From Kudoa neothunni (taxonomy: Eukaryota > Animalia > Cnidaria): a stretch of DNA of 64,000 bases. The stretch lies in the NCBI GenBank assembly GCA_964304625.1, contig OZ199840.1, forward strand, positions 7,417,635 through 7,481,634. The letters run 5' to 3'. A model generated the notes under the pieces. The model saw nothing but the letters and a program-made list of their open reading frames with translations. It made no database searches and was not told where the DNA came from. Position numbers and translations under genes: made by a program. Shown piece by piece: positions 52,342-64,000 of this stretch (positions within the stretch are counted from its first letter, which is position 1; each line of letters opens with the position of its first letter).

Positions 52342-54665
52342 CGATATAGTATACAGCTACGAAAATTCAGCCTTATAATGTCCTTATTTTTTTACAATTT
52401 TCTTACCAATCGTTAGTATGAGATTTTAAAAAACGGGGAAGCCAAAATTTTGTTTAAAATCAATTTATTTCTAAATATTGATATGTTAGAACCTTATCAT
52501 GAATCAATATACATTGAAGTAATATTTTAACATTAAATAAATGTTTTCCATATTAATCACGAGTTAGCACGAAAACTCTGTTGGTGATGGAAAAATTTAT
52601 TTTGGTTGTCGAAATTTTTTTATTTAAAATATATTACCCTATGAAGATATTAGAAACGACGAATCACTCTCAAATGAAAACACCATTGACTATAACTATA
52701 TCAGAGAATTAGAAAATTACATATTTAATTATATTAAATTTATGATGAAGAATACAAGATTGAGGTAGAAGAAATAATATGCGACCAATCAGAAGAGAAA
52801 ACCCCATTTAATGATAGGTAACTTTGTTATAGTAATAAATTCTTCGCATAAGACAAACAAAATTTAGATGATACTAAAATTGAAAGGAAAATTTCAACGT
52901 TTGAATCGATATAAGCATTGAAAAAGCTACAAAACTTTTTTTAAAAACAAAAATCCAAATGGCCTACTCAATTTACATACACTTCAAGATAAAATTTAAA
53001 ATATATTAAAAAATAGAATTGTGGTAAAATCTATAAAAAAACTATTTTATGTCACTTTATTAGTAATTTCAATAAAATTCTACAAAAGTTTTATTTTACT
53101 CAAGCTCGTTACCTGGGTACTGTGTACTCTTTTTTTATTGCACATTAATTTGAAACATGCGGTTTGGTGCGTAATATCCTGAGTCAATTGTAATTAGTTA
53201 GAATTTTATGTATTCTACAGAATTTTTGTCCCAAATTAATTTTCTGAAAATAAAACTCATTTAAATTAAATACGTAAACAAACAAGTAGGTAATGCGCTC
53301 GACGAGGAGTGAATTCTGCATGATCAAGCAAAAGTACTTATTAAACATCACCCACTGTACCTCACCTAATAATTGTAGAAGTATTGTTACATTTACCACT
53401 GAAACAAAAATAACTACTCATTGCTTTTTCAGTAAAATAAATAGTTCTATTCAAAAATTATTTCTGGTTAAAACAAATATTTGTTTGTTGACTCGTTATG
53501 TACAAATAACTTGTAAGAATTGTGAAATAACAACCCCCTTTTTGAGAGGAAGTGTTATAATTTTTAAGTTAAACATTGAACATCAATGTCTCAGTAGTAC
53601 TTTTTGCAACATCTGAAGACAGATCACATGTTATCGCCGAATCTTTCCGTTAATAAATAGGATGATTAAATATTGACAATAATGCTTAGAAGTAAAAATC
53701 GGACAATCATCAAGTAAGCACATTCAAAGCTTAAAGTTAATCCAATAAATAATTCAATTGATCCTTTGGAATTAACATCTGAAAAGGTACTCTAAAATTT
53801 AAAGTCTAAAGTACATTAACCTATCCATACAACAAATGAGTTGTTAAGTGTGGATTATCGATACTTTCCTCGATAGTTTTTAGAGCTTGGGTGTGTTGGA
53901 CTACTTATCTTAGAGACAGTCCCTCAAGCCAACCTTCTAAACGTAAGCAAAGTCGTTTTCACTAGGTATCGTTAGTTTTTATTAATACGTTCAATATAAA
54001 TCCAAAAAATGTCATTTGAGAAGAACTGATATTAGATCGAGTAAGAATTTTGTGTTTATTTAAAATATTGGTGCCAAAAAAATGATAATTATTTTTATTG
54101 GAATCCAAATGTTTTTGTAGATAAACGAATTTATCTATTAATGATAGTGATTTATTATCAATGAGTTTAGCTAAAAGTTAAATAATCTTCCTTAGAATAT
54201 CGTATATAATGATCTTATCATGGGTGTAAATTTATAACTTGGCGATTGTGAATAACATCAACAGAACCTTTATAAGGAGGTGTAGTGCCAACAATAGCTT
54301 CCTATAAATTTTTGAATGTTTACATATAGCTAGAAAGCATAAATGATATTGAATCTAATAAAATTAAGATATTTTCAGAGATTAGCGCAGAATCGATATG
54401 TTTAGTTGCTAATTGAGAATGAAGATAAATCAGTGTTATTGTCCAATTCAAACCATTGCAAACGCTAATGTTTTTTATTGAGTTCAATCGGAGCGTATTC
54501 AATATTTTTACTTTACCGAATTTCGTTATCTAAAACGCAAATACATTTAAAAACAATTAATCTGACAATGTAAGTATTGCGCAGTTATCCCAGTTATATT
54601 AGTCGGGCCGTAAGGTGGTGATTATATTTGGTGTTGTTGTGTGTCATTCTGGGCAACTTAATTTA

Positions 54666-56033
54666 ATGGAAGTCAAACATCGAAGTTTTGTGCAACTTTT
54701 TATGACCCTCATTTAAACTTCCTAATAGATTTAATTTCAAAAACTCAAGGACAAACAGTACTGTCAGATGATGACCATAACGAAGATTCAAATATAGATG
54801 GATCATTGGAAACTATAGCTAAATATGTGACAGCCAAATGTAAAAAATTTTATTGCGCTTGAGTTGATTATGGGTGGTTTTTGTTGTGTTAAGGTTATTG
54901 TTTGGTCGGAAAAAAGGACGTACCAATTTGGATAAATGATAATGAATATTTATACTATTATCATCGACCAATAATGCCATGCTTTCAGTCGTGTTTAAAA
55001 AGTATTTTTAGGTAAAAAATCCTCTGTAAATTCTGTTTCTTTTGATTATGCGCGTGAGATTTTAAATCGGTGTAGGATTCATGCAGAGACAGGCAACATA
55101 TGGACTCACTTTATCGGGCTTGTTCTATTCGTGATTGCGATAACTGGATTCTATTGTGCATTATATCCCACCCCATTTCACACTTTACATAATAACCAAT
55201 CAGAATCAAACCTTGATGGGGTAAAAGCTAAAATTTTATTTTGGCATCCCAAATATTGGCACATGCCCGAAAACATACGTTCCAAACTTGTACACATGAA
55301 ACACGACTACAAACAGCTTCATCAATTAATGTCCGTAAAAGAGCACATCGTAGTGGCATCCTTTTTTCTTAGCGGTATTCTATGTCTCACATTCTCCACG
55401 TTGTATCACACTTTTCTTTGTTAACTCCCATCAAACTCAAAAAATACTTGGAACGTATTTTTGGTGACTGACAAACAAATGTGGATAATTGTTTGTAGAC
55501 TGGATTATATTGGCATTGTGGTGTTGCAGTTTGGCTCTTGTGGGCCACCCTACTACTATGCTTTCAAGTGCAACTCCTATCTGCAGGGATTCTATCTTAC
55601 TATGATCTATGTGCTTGCAGGCGCCCTAATATATGCTCTGCTGTATTTCCCTTTCTCGAGAAATGGGCGTAGTTACGCTTTTCTCGCATACGGCCTTATT
55701 GTTGCTGCCCCTGCTATTCATTGCGTCTTTTTGTATGGTATTAATAAAGCCGTTAATATACTGCATATGGATTTGCTGCTGCTAATGGGCGCGTTGTATA
55801 TTTTGGGTATGCTTACCTACACCTACAAGATACCTGAGCGATTTGTACCCAAATATTGCAATTTATGGGTATTTAATCTGGTTGCAGTTGTACCTTTATT
55901 TGATAACTGTTTCTAGTTTCAAAGTCATCAGATCTTTCACATTATGGTTGTCGCAGCGCTATTTGTACATATGAGGTCAACTTACTTAATTGTCCATGAG
56001 CGAATAACTGGGGCGTTTGAGTGTACAAACTAG
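54666..56033 (+). CDS. ADIPOR: Adiponectin receptor (PAQR family) homolog, about 6 exons, with a 1-nt frameshift near 55420
   Basis: Spliced motifs VPIWINDNEYLYYYHRP..CLKSIFRIHAETGNIWTH, STLYHT, LDYIGI, KIPERFVP and WFQSHQIFH. Stop TAG at 56031-56033. Confidence 0.9.
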
Positions 56034-56353
56034 ATTGGCTGTTTCAAACAAAAAAAGATCTAAGTCAAAGACGCGTTCATTTTAGCTAATCATTCCATCC
56101 ACTTATACTTTTATTAAGTTTATTTTAAATTCGAGTATTTTTTGCCAATCAGCGCCTATTATATCAATAACTTTTACAAAATGTTTCATTTCTTTTTTTC
56201 CCTAAATTTCTTTTATAATATAATGGTGCTTTTAAAATTAGTTAAATAATGGGGTTTTAAGTCTAATTTTTTCGCTTAAAATCAAAAAAAGAAAAATAAT
56301 TACACACATATCTGACCATGCTCAGCTCACCGTATAAATAATAACGTTTAGAT

Positions 56354-57031
56354 CAACGTGGGGGGGGGGGGTAGGGGTTATGGAAATCTTTAGCGTTTAA
56401 TGAACGGCTCTTGTAGGACGTAGAAAATCCTGGGTATTGATGTGACATGGATAATGGTGAGATAAATGGGCAGTGTGGCGCACGTTGAAATCAATACCTC
56501 GATTTTTGATCTTGTTTATTTTTAAGGGAATGTGAATATCCTAAAAAAACAAAGGCATTGATTAATTTATATAAAAATATGAAAACGTTTAACATGGTTT
56601 TTGCTCAATTGAATATAGAATCGGAATGGTTTTAATTCTAATGTTGTCACATTTATAACCGTGATCACCTTTTTTTTGACTTACCCAAAAACAATATTGA
56701 TTAATTTTCAATATATATTATTTGATTTCGGTTTATAAGCCCCGAATACTGAAATATTTTGCATGACGCGGGTTGGATTACCATAAGTTTTATTTAACGC
56801 GGTTTTTGGCTAAATGAAGAAGTAAAAATGTTAATTTTTAAAGTCCGTCTATAAATTAAATTAGATCTGATCGAATACATTTTAATTCTAATGAAAAAGA
56901 AATAAATATTATTCATATTCTAATTTTAATAAGGCATGAAGCTTACTTCAAAATTATAAGCAGTTTAAGTTAAAAATCAATTCATTTGAAAAAGGTGGGG
57001 GCGCGATAGAAAAAAGATTGGGAAACACTGG
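56354..57031. mobile_element. hAT-type MITE with partly deleted left TIR
   Basis: Perfect 8-bp TSD gtttagat (56346-56353, 57032-57039). Right terminus ttgggaaacactg. Confidence 0.72.
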
Positions 57032-58557
57032 TTTAGATAGTTAAATATATAAAAAAACTTTTCTATAATAAAATAAAAATCATAAATGTACTTTGAGGAA
57101 AGGAATTTTTTAAACCCTTTTTTTTGTTTCTATAACAACTTGATTCTGTTAGCTTATTTAATCTGGTAAATGAATCGCGCATGTGATAATAATTTGGTTA
57201 AATTACATATCGACAAAAAGTAGTAAATTAAATATAGATGTTTAAAATTTAATTTAAATCAACTTATGTTAACTTAAAATTTCGAATTTTGAAAATCCTT
57301 GGAATATATCTATATAAATTTCTTATTCTTAAATTTATTTATAACGCCAAATTTCAATTCATAAAGTACGAATTTGTATATTTAACATTTTTCTGTCAAC
57401 AGGAGAAGAAATTTCATAATAAAATCATGGATTTTGTGATCAAAACAAAATCTTAGTTATTAAAATAATAATAAGAAGAAAATGTGAAAACTTAAGCAAT
57501 AATAAATCGGTTTACTGTCGTTGAAGCAACATGTTTTAAATTATGATCCCTTGAAAAATTACCATAGTATATTATATATTTATATTTAAAAAATGGAGGA
57601 TGTTGGTTCGTAGGAACATGTGTTAAATAACCTAACTCAGGAAAAGTAAAACATTATTATTCTTGTAATCTAACATAATAAATGATTTATTTTACTAATA
57701 GATTCATTTTTAATTTGTAAATAAATAATTTTTCTAACTTATATCATCAGAATATCTATTAGCTCTACATATAATACAATAAGAAGTTGTTGGTATAATC
57801 AATTAGTGATAAGTTGAGGATATAACAAATTCACTAATAAAATTATATTATTTATAGTTATGAACTTTTTTATGCGGATTCGAGTCATTGTATTGATTTT
57901 CATTAACTCAAAACTTTAAAGAGCGCTGAATGTCCAATGTTGATTTGTTGTCAATGATCTCTGTATAGAATCATTTAATTTTAGTATATGTGGAACAATT
58001 AATTATTTGTTTAATATCAACTATAATTTTGTAATTTATACCTTAACTGAACACAAACAAATTATGATTATATATGCACTCATTTATTTAGAGTTTGTAT
58101 TTAAGTGTTATTTTGACAATATTAGTTAATATATTACGTTCTCAATAAACATGTTAGTATATGATCATTCATCATTTAACTTTAATCCATGATTAAGCAT
58201 TTTTTGGCAAATCTGGATTATATAACTATTTATTGGTAATTTAATTTAAAAAACGTTCGACTTGTGATTTTTATATTACAAGTCCCAACATTTTCCTAGA
58301 CTGATGTTGCACGAAATTTGAAACACTAAAGCAAGACTGAAATATTTTAGAATGTGATACAAACATATTTGAAAAGCTGCGGTTGGAAAAATTTGTTATA
58401 TGACTTTTAGTTCAACTGTCTTTATTTATATGGAAGACTTTTGCGTTAGTTTCCATTATTGAGTTATGTTTTTATTGCTTTAATAAGTCAAGAGAAAACT
58501 TCTTCGGTTTCTTCAACAAATATTCGGGTCGCTATTATCTCAGCTGTTCCCCTAGAG

Positions 58558-61217
58558 CAGGGTTTCCCATGGGAGATGCATGAAGCAATCATTGGAAATG
58601 AGGGAGAAACCTATGATGAATTAAGAATTTAAGCCTGACTGTATGACTGAAAGAAAAAATTTTAGTTCAGAAATTCAGTTTGAATCTACCGTATTTAATT
58701 AAATATAATATAATTGGATATTATGTTAATGAAATAATCTAATAATAACTGATTTTATATAATGCACTTTCCATTAAAATCATATAAATTTATAATTCAA
58801 AAATCGTTACTTATTTACCAAAAACTCATTAATTATTAATAAAATATTGTCAACTTGTATTTTGGAGTATGAAGACGTTAACAGATTCCAACTTAATGCT
58901 GTGTATTTAATAAGCGAATTAACATCGCCCACGCATCATCATGGTTGCTTCCCGAAAGGTTAGAAAATGGAATGAGGATTATACTCGGTATGGCTTCACA
59001 GGAATTACCATTGAAGGAATTGACCGCCTTGTTGTATTCTTGGCAACTCAACATTGTCCAATGTTAACCTAAAACCATCCAAGCTCGGTGAACATTTTCA
59101 AGCTATTCATTGTGGTAGTTCAAAAACTGGGAACGATTTCGATTCGCTGAAAGCCAAAATGACTCGATACGACATGAAAGGAACACTTGCGAGTTATGGA
59201 TCTGTTAATGAGGAGAAACGTTTACTTTTGGCTTCCTTCAAGGTTGCTTATGAAATTGCAAAAAAGAAAGAAGCCCATACAATCATACAATCACAGAGGA
59301 TCTAATAAAAACTTGCATCTTTGAATCTGTAAAAATTGTATTGGGTGAAGAGGCTGCAAAAAAACTTCAAAGGATCCCTATGTCCAGCAATGTTATAAGG
59401 AACAGAATAGATGCCATTGGTGATGATATTCTTGGCCAACATATTTTTGATATCAAAGAATCTCCTCTGGAGATATCAATTCAACTGGATGAATCGACGA
59501 ATGTAGACAATTGCAGTCAGCTAATAGCGTTTGTTCGCTTCGTTAAAGAAAACATCATTCGTGAAGAATTTCTTTTTTGCAAGCCTATGAACACAACGAC
59601 AACTGCTCAGGATATATTTAATGTAATCAAATCTTTTTTTAATACTATGGAGATTCCATTAACTGTTATTGGGTCAATTTGTACGGATGGTGCTCTTGCG
59701 ATGCTGGGTGTTAAATCTGGACTCGTTGCTCTCATGAGAAAGGAAATGCCTGATGTAATAGTCACGCACTGTATCCAACACCGTCAGTTTTTTTTGTTTA
59801 CAAGGTAAAACCCCTGGCGCAACTTATTAGGTTGTGGAATTCTGGTTGGTCAGACCTCTTCCATTAACGCTTTAGGCACCGCAGGACGTAACATGAAACC
59901 CCGTCACTTATCTTTATGCGGTAGTGTGGGACTTTAACCCATTAAACATCCTCGTCTCATGGCGACCACCACCCCAAACCCTATCCCCTTAAGGACGTTG
60001 GCTCTGTGGGAACTGCAAATTACTTTGCCTTTCGATGGGTTCCGGAGATTCAAACTGCTATTTACGTTCACCCCACTTCACACAAATCTGGCTGCCAGTG
60101 AATTCCACTCAACAGCGAGCGTACACTTTAACCACAGATCCCAAATATGGGATAGACACCCACCGGCGGATTCGAACCCATTACCTCAAGGTTTTGAGTC
60201 CGAGTGTCACACCAATGTGCTATCTGTCCACGGCTAAACACCGTCAGTCCTTAATGTCGGAGACTTTGCCAGGACCTCTAAAAGACGTCATGGATGCATG
60301 TGTTAAAATAATTAATTTTATTCGCTCAAGGGCACTGAATCATCATTTGTTTAAGGCGTTTTGCAATGAACTTGGCATTGAATTCTCAGTTTTGTTATTT
60401 CATACAGAAGTAAGATTGTTTTCTCGTGGTAAAGTCTTGGTTGGACTATTCATCTTAAGAAAGGAAGTTGAAGAATTCTTAAGAATGCAAAAGTCCAACC
60501 TTGCTAACGCTCTGGAGAATCCTACTTTTTCAGTAATACTAGCATACTTGGCAGATATATTTCAACACTTGAACGATTTAAATTGTTCAATTCAAGGGAA
60601 GGGAGATAACATGATGATAGCTTCTGAGAAACTGCGAACTATCAGGAAAAAACTAATCTTATTATATTCGAAAGTAGAAAATGGAAATCTTGCTAACTTT
60701 CCTTTACTCGACGAAGTTCTCCAAGATGGACAACACTTCCATTGTAGGCAAGATATCATGAATAATACCACGTATCACATAAATAAATTGAGACTATCCT
60801 TTGATGGTTATTATTCTCCCGGCCATTAACAAGATTCTGAAATTTGGATTGTTGATTCAATTTCATTTCATTTCATTTAATGTTAATAATACGAATAATG
60901 ATGTTAATGATACAGAGGAATTAATGGATTTGCAAGAAAACTACACGATGAAGCTGAGGTACAATGAAAATTCACTTGAGAACTCTTGGTACAACGCCCA
61001 ATGCAGTTACCCGTCCCTTGCAAAAAGAGCGTTGAAAATTCTTATCCCATTCGCGACAACCTGGTTGTGCGAATCAGGATTTTCATCTTTATTGTATTTA
61101 AACAATAAATTTAGAAATTTACTGAATCCAGTAAACGATTTACGCATCGCATTGACAAATGTAGAACCGCGATGTAAACTATTAGTGAAAGAACGCCAAG
61201 AGAGGGAAAGCCGATAA
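58558..61217 (+). mobile_element. hAT (Buster/ZBED5/SCAND3-like) transposon, frameshifted and SINE-disrupted; 3' end not found
   Basis: Left TIR cagggtttccc. Transposase from 58941 has RKWNEDYTRYGF, ISIQLDEST, ICTDGA, THCIQHRQ, HTEVR, LAYLADIF and IPFATTWLCESGFS. Confidence 0.92.
59789..60236 (-). mobile_element. tRNA-derived SINE, copy 3, inserted in a hAT transposase
   Basis: Reverse complement of the 36398 element. 12-bp TSD aacaccgtcagt (59777-59788, 60237-60248). Confidence 0.93.
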
Positions 61218-61550
61218 ATCAAAATTAAACTCAATAATTTTTAAATGTGTTATCATTTTTTTGAATCTTGATCTCTTATACGTTTATCAAAGTGACTGAA
61301 TTTGATATCAAATTTAATATATATATATATCAGCTAGATATCTGACTATACGCAATATTTTATTAATCGTTTTATAAAATAAATAAAGTATTTGCTTATT
61401 TTATTCATAAAGTAGTAGCAATTAATCGACTAAAATCACTAAAATTATTTTAATATATTTCTTTATAAAGTATAAAATTAATGTGCATTATTTGGAATAT
61501 AAACTTAAAGAAAAAAAACCACAAATTTACCAATAATATTTTTATAAATA

Positions 61551-62250
61551 TTAACATGGGGATGCGAAATTGGGTTTGATATTCGTTTGGGGGTGCGGGG
61601 AAAAATAAGGGGGAAACGCCGCATTAGAGTGATTGAGCGAGCCCCTATCAGTATATGTGGTTACAATTCGTTCCAAAGTCGGAACATCTCTCTTCTCAGT
61701 TTCCACCGTAAAGACTCTACCTTCCCCATCCACACCACCAAATATCCAAACATTTTGATTACGGAGAATTCTACCAACCTCAAATTTTTTTTACACATTT
61801 GACTTTCGTCAATTTGTACTTTTATACCAGACCCATCAACTTTATTCGGGTATAATAGGAAATGGCTTAAACACAGATCGCTAATAAGTTTTTCCAATCA
61901 ACGGTCATTGAATTTGAAGCAACTCACAGTTCCTTCATTAGAAACGATTGTTTAGTTCCCAACACTCCGTAAATACAATAATTTGAGGACCTGGTACAGA
62001 GGAAATTGGGATTGATAAAAGAATGTATCCTTCCGCAGCGAATATTCAGTTCTGCATGTTTTCAAACAGCAGCGGAAACTGCATCCACCAGCAGATTTGC
62101 TTCTAGGTGAAAGTTTCATTAGGTTTCCACATATACAACTTCTTGGTCCAGGATGAAGACCAAGGTTCTGAAAAAATCTATTAAATCTTCTTGATTTGAT
62201 CTGAAGTAACAGATATCCTCGAAGCTTACATTATCAAGATTTTCCAAAGA
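61551..62250 (-). pseudogene. Merlin/IS1595-like transposase remnant (N-terminal Zn ribbon through VQIDES)
   Basis: CICG...FRCCLKTC..SLRKDTFF; ORF 61661..61897 GSGIKVQIDES; ORF 61551..61733 KRDVPTLERIV. Confidence 0.8.
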
Positions 62251-62253
62251 ATA

Positions 62254-63449
62254 TATATGGGCTGATCAAAAAGTATTGAGACTTTTTAAATATCTCTTCG
62301 TACGACAAGGAGGTATTTTTAAAAAATAGAATGTTATAAAAAGTATGAATTCACATATTTTTGTGAAAAAAATTTAACGAATGAATCATAAAATAAAAAA
62401 TGGCAACTAGTTGTTTAAATCGCTAAATTGGCCGACGTCGCTCGCGAGAACGTCAGAAAATCACGAGTAGAGAATTTGTATTAAATTATGTGTAAAACTG
62501 GGAAAAAGCAGTGCCGAGACTTATGAAATGTTTCAAAAAGCATTCTTAGACAATTCAATGAGTAGAAATAGAGTGTTTGAGCGGCGTAAACGATTTAAAG
62601 AGGGTAGAAATTCGATTGATGGTGTGGATTGTTCTGGTCGACCTATAATTAGCAGAAATCATGTAAAAGTTAATGATGTTAAGGATATGATCGATTTCGA
62701 ACGTAGACTTACCATTAGGGAAATCTCTAATGATATTGGAACATTTTTTGGATCATGCCAAGTAGTTTTGACTGATGATCTTCGTATGAGGAGAGTTGCG
62801 GCCAAATTTGTCCCACGAGTGCTCACATCCGAGCAAAAAGAATTGCGGCTAATTACTTCAAAAGATCTACTTCAACGCTCATCAAAAGACGATGAATTCA
62901 CGAATTTTATCGTAACTGGTGATAAAACTTGGGTTTATGGTTATGATCCCGAAACGAAAGTTTAATCTTACATTTGAAAAACGTCATCGTCGCCCAGATC
63001 AAAGAAAGCCCGCCAAGTTCGAAGTAAAATCAAAGTTTTACTCACAGAATCTTTTGATATCCAGGGGATAATTTATGAATACGCACCTGAAGCTTGTACA
63101 GTTACAACTGAGTATTACCTCAGAGTTTCGCGGAATTTACGGGATGCCATTCGTCGTAAACAACCCCACATGCATTCCCCGGGGCGTTGGATACTACATC
63201 ACAATAATGCCCTCTCACACAAATCTTTAAAAATTCAAGGTTTTTTAACAAAAATTAAATTACAACTTAAAGGAAGGAGATTCCACTCCATTGAGGAAAT
63301 AAAACAGAATGCGACGGAGCAGCTTAAGACGCTGGAAAAAATGTATTGATGCAGACGGAGAGTATTTCAAGGAGATTAAAAAAATCATTATATTTGTATG
63401 TATGTTTTTTAATTTAAAAAGCCTCGATACTTGTTGAACACCCCATTTA
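62254..63449 (+). mobile_element. mariner transposon, degenerate
   Basis: TIRs tatatgggctgatcaaaaagtattgaga / revcomp taaatggggtgttcaacaagtatcgagg with TA flanks. ORF 62528..62965 has AAKFVPRVL and IVTGDKTWVYGYDPETK. Confidence 0.92.
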
Positions 63450-63451
63450 TA

Positions 63452-63800
63452 TTAGGAAGCGTGCCGCGAAGTAGGTTTTCCTAAAGGATAATGGAAGAAC
63501 TGTATTTTCTCCCCTAAATTCTATTAGTGTGAATTCCTTGGGGCGAAAATAAATGCTTTTTACGAATGACAGTGTCATAGATAAGTTACAAGTTGGTCAA
63601 ACATGTATAATCTGTCTAGCCATCAGTCCAAATAGCTTTGCCTTCTTCAATGTTGTTAACAATGATTTTTTCCTGCATTTTTCTATTTTTTTCTTTGAAA
63701 ATTCTTAAAAAATAATTTTAATTTTTGTTGATTCCTCCGATCATCCGGTAACGTTGATTTTTTAGAATTCGACCAACACCATATTTCCGTTTGCAGATAT
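63452..63800 (-). pseudogene. Merlin transposase catalytic-region remnant, same subfamily as the 16001-17056 element
   Basis: KRKYGVGRILKNQRYRMIGGIN...EKIIVNNIEEGKAIWTDG...GIHTNRI, with stops. Confidence 0.8.
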
Positions 63801-64000
63801 CGTCAGTTAGTTTGAAATGGTGTTCCATCCACTTATTGTTGTGTAAAAACCAATTCCGATGTGAAATTTTGATGCCGAATTAAACGTACCGTTAGCAGAA
63901 ATATTTTATATAAAGGGGGATTTGACTTTTCAAAAATACCTCCTTTTCTTACAGAACTCTTTTTATTACACGCGTAGCATTTAACTTGGACGTTAACACC

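Noticed and set aside
52350-53125. Possible pogo C-terminal remnant
   Set aside because: Only weak resemblance and no matching TIR pair.
53184-54502. Possible minus-strand gene divergent from AdipoR
   Set aside because: Some exon-like pieces exist (e.g. EAIVGTTPPYKGSVDVIHNRQ), but I could not build a consistent stop-free model or recognise a motif.
1-64000. Alternative genetic code or stop readthrough to explain the scarcity of long ORFs
   Set aside because: Host genes translate cleanly in the standard code once short introns are removed; the remaining stops lie in decayed transposons.

Overview
AT-rich eukaryotic (metazoan-type) genomic DNA with very short GT-AG introns (about 30-55 nt) and a heavy load of DNA transposons. 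The gene content and intron size would fit a reduced parasitic animal such as a myxozoan, but this is inference only. Recognisable host genes are a Ser-rich coiled-coil protein (about 4.5-6.4 kb), two SLC35F3/F4-like transporter paralogs (12.1-13.4 kb and 49.1-50.5 kb, minus strand) and an adiponectin-receptor/PAQR gene (54.7-56.0 kb) that carries a 1-nt frameshift. The main result is almost invisible in the ORF track. Between the two SLC35F paralogs lies a tandem array of eight 7-exon minus-strand genes (20.8-47.5 kb), which I reconstructed by hand-splicing. They encode divergent, probably secreted saposin-like (SAPLIP) proteins: an N-terminal hydrophobic segment, a degenerate first saposin repeat, and an intact six-cysteine C-terminal saposin domain. 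Two copies share an almost identical 860-bp tract. Mobile DNA includes pogo/Tigger, Merlin, piggyBac, Tc1, mariner, hAT elements and MITEs, non-autonomous Helitrons, a three-level nested insertion, and three copies of a tRNA-derived SINE, one of which disrupts a hAT transposase. All exon models and boundaries were derived by eye, with no database searches.
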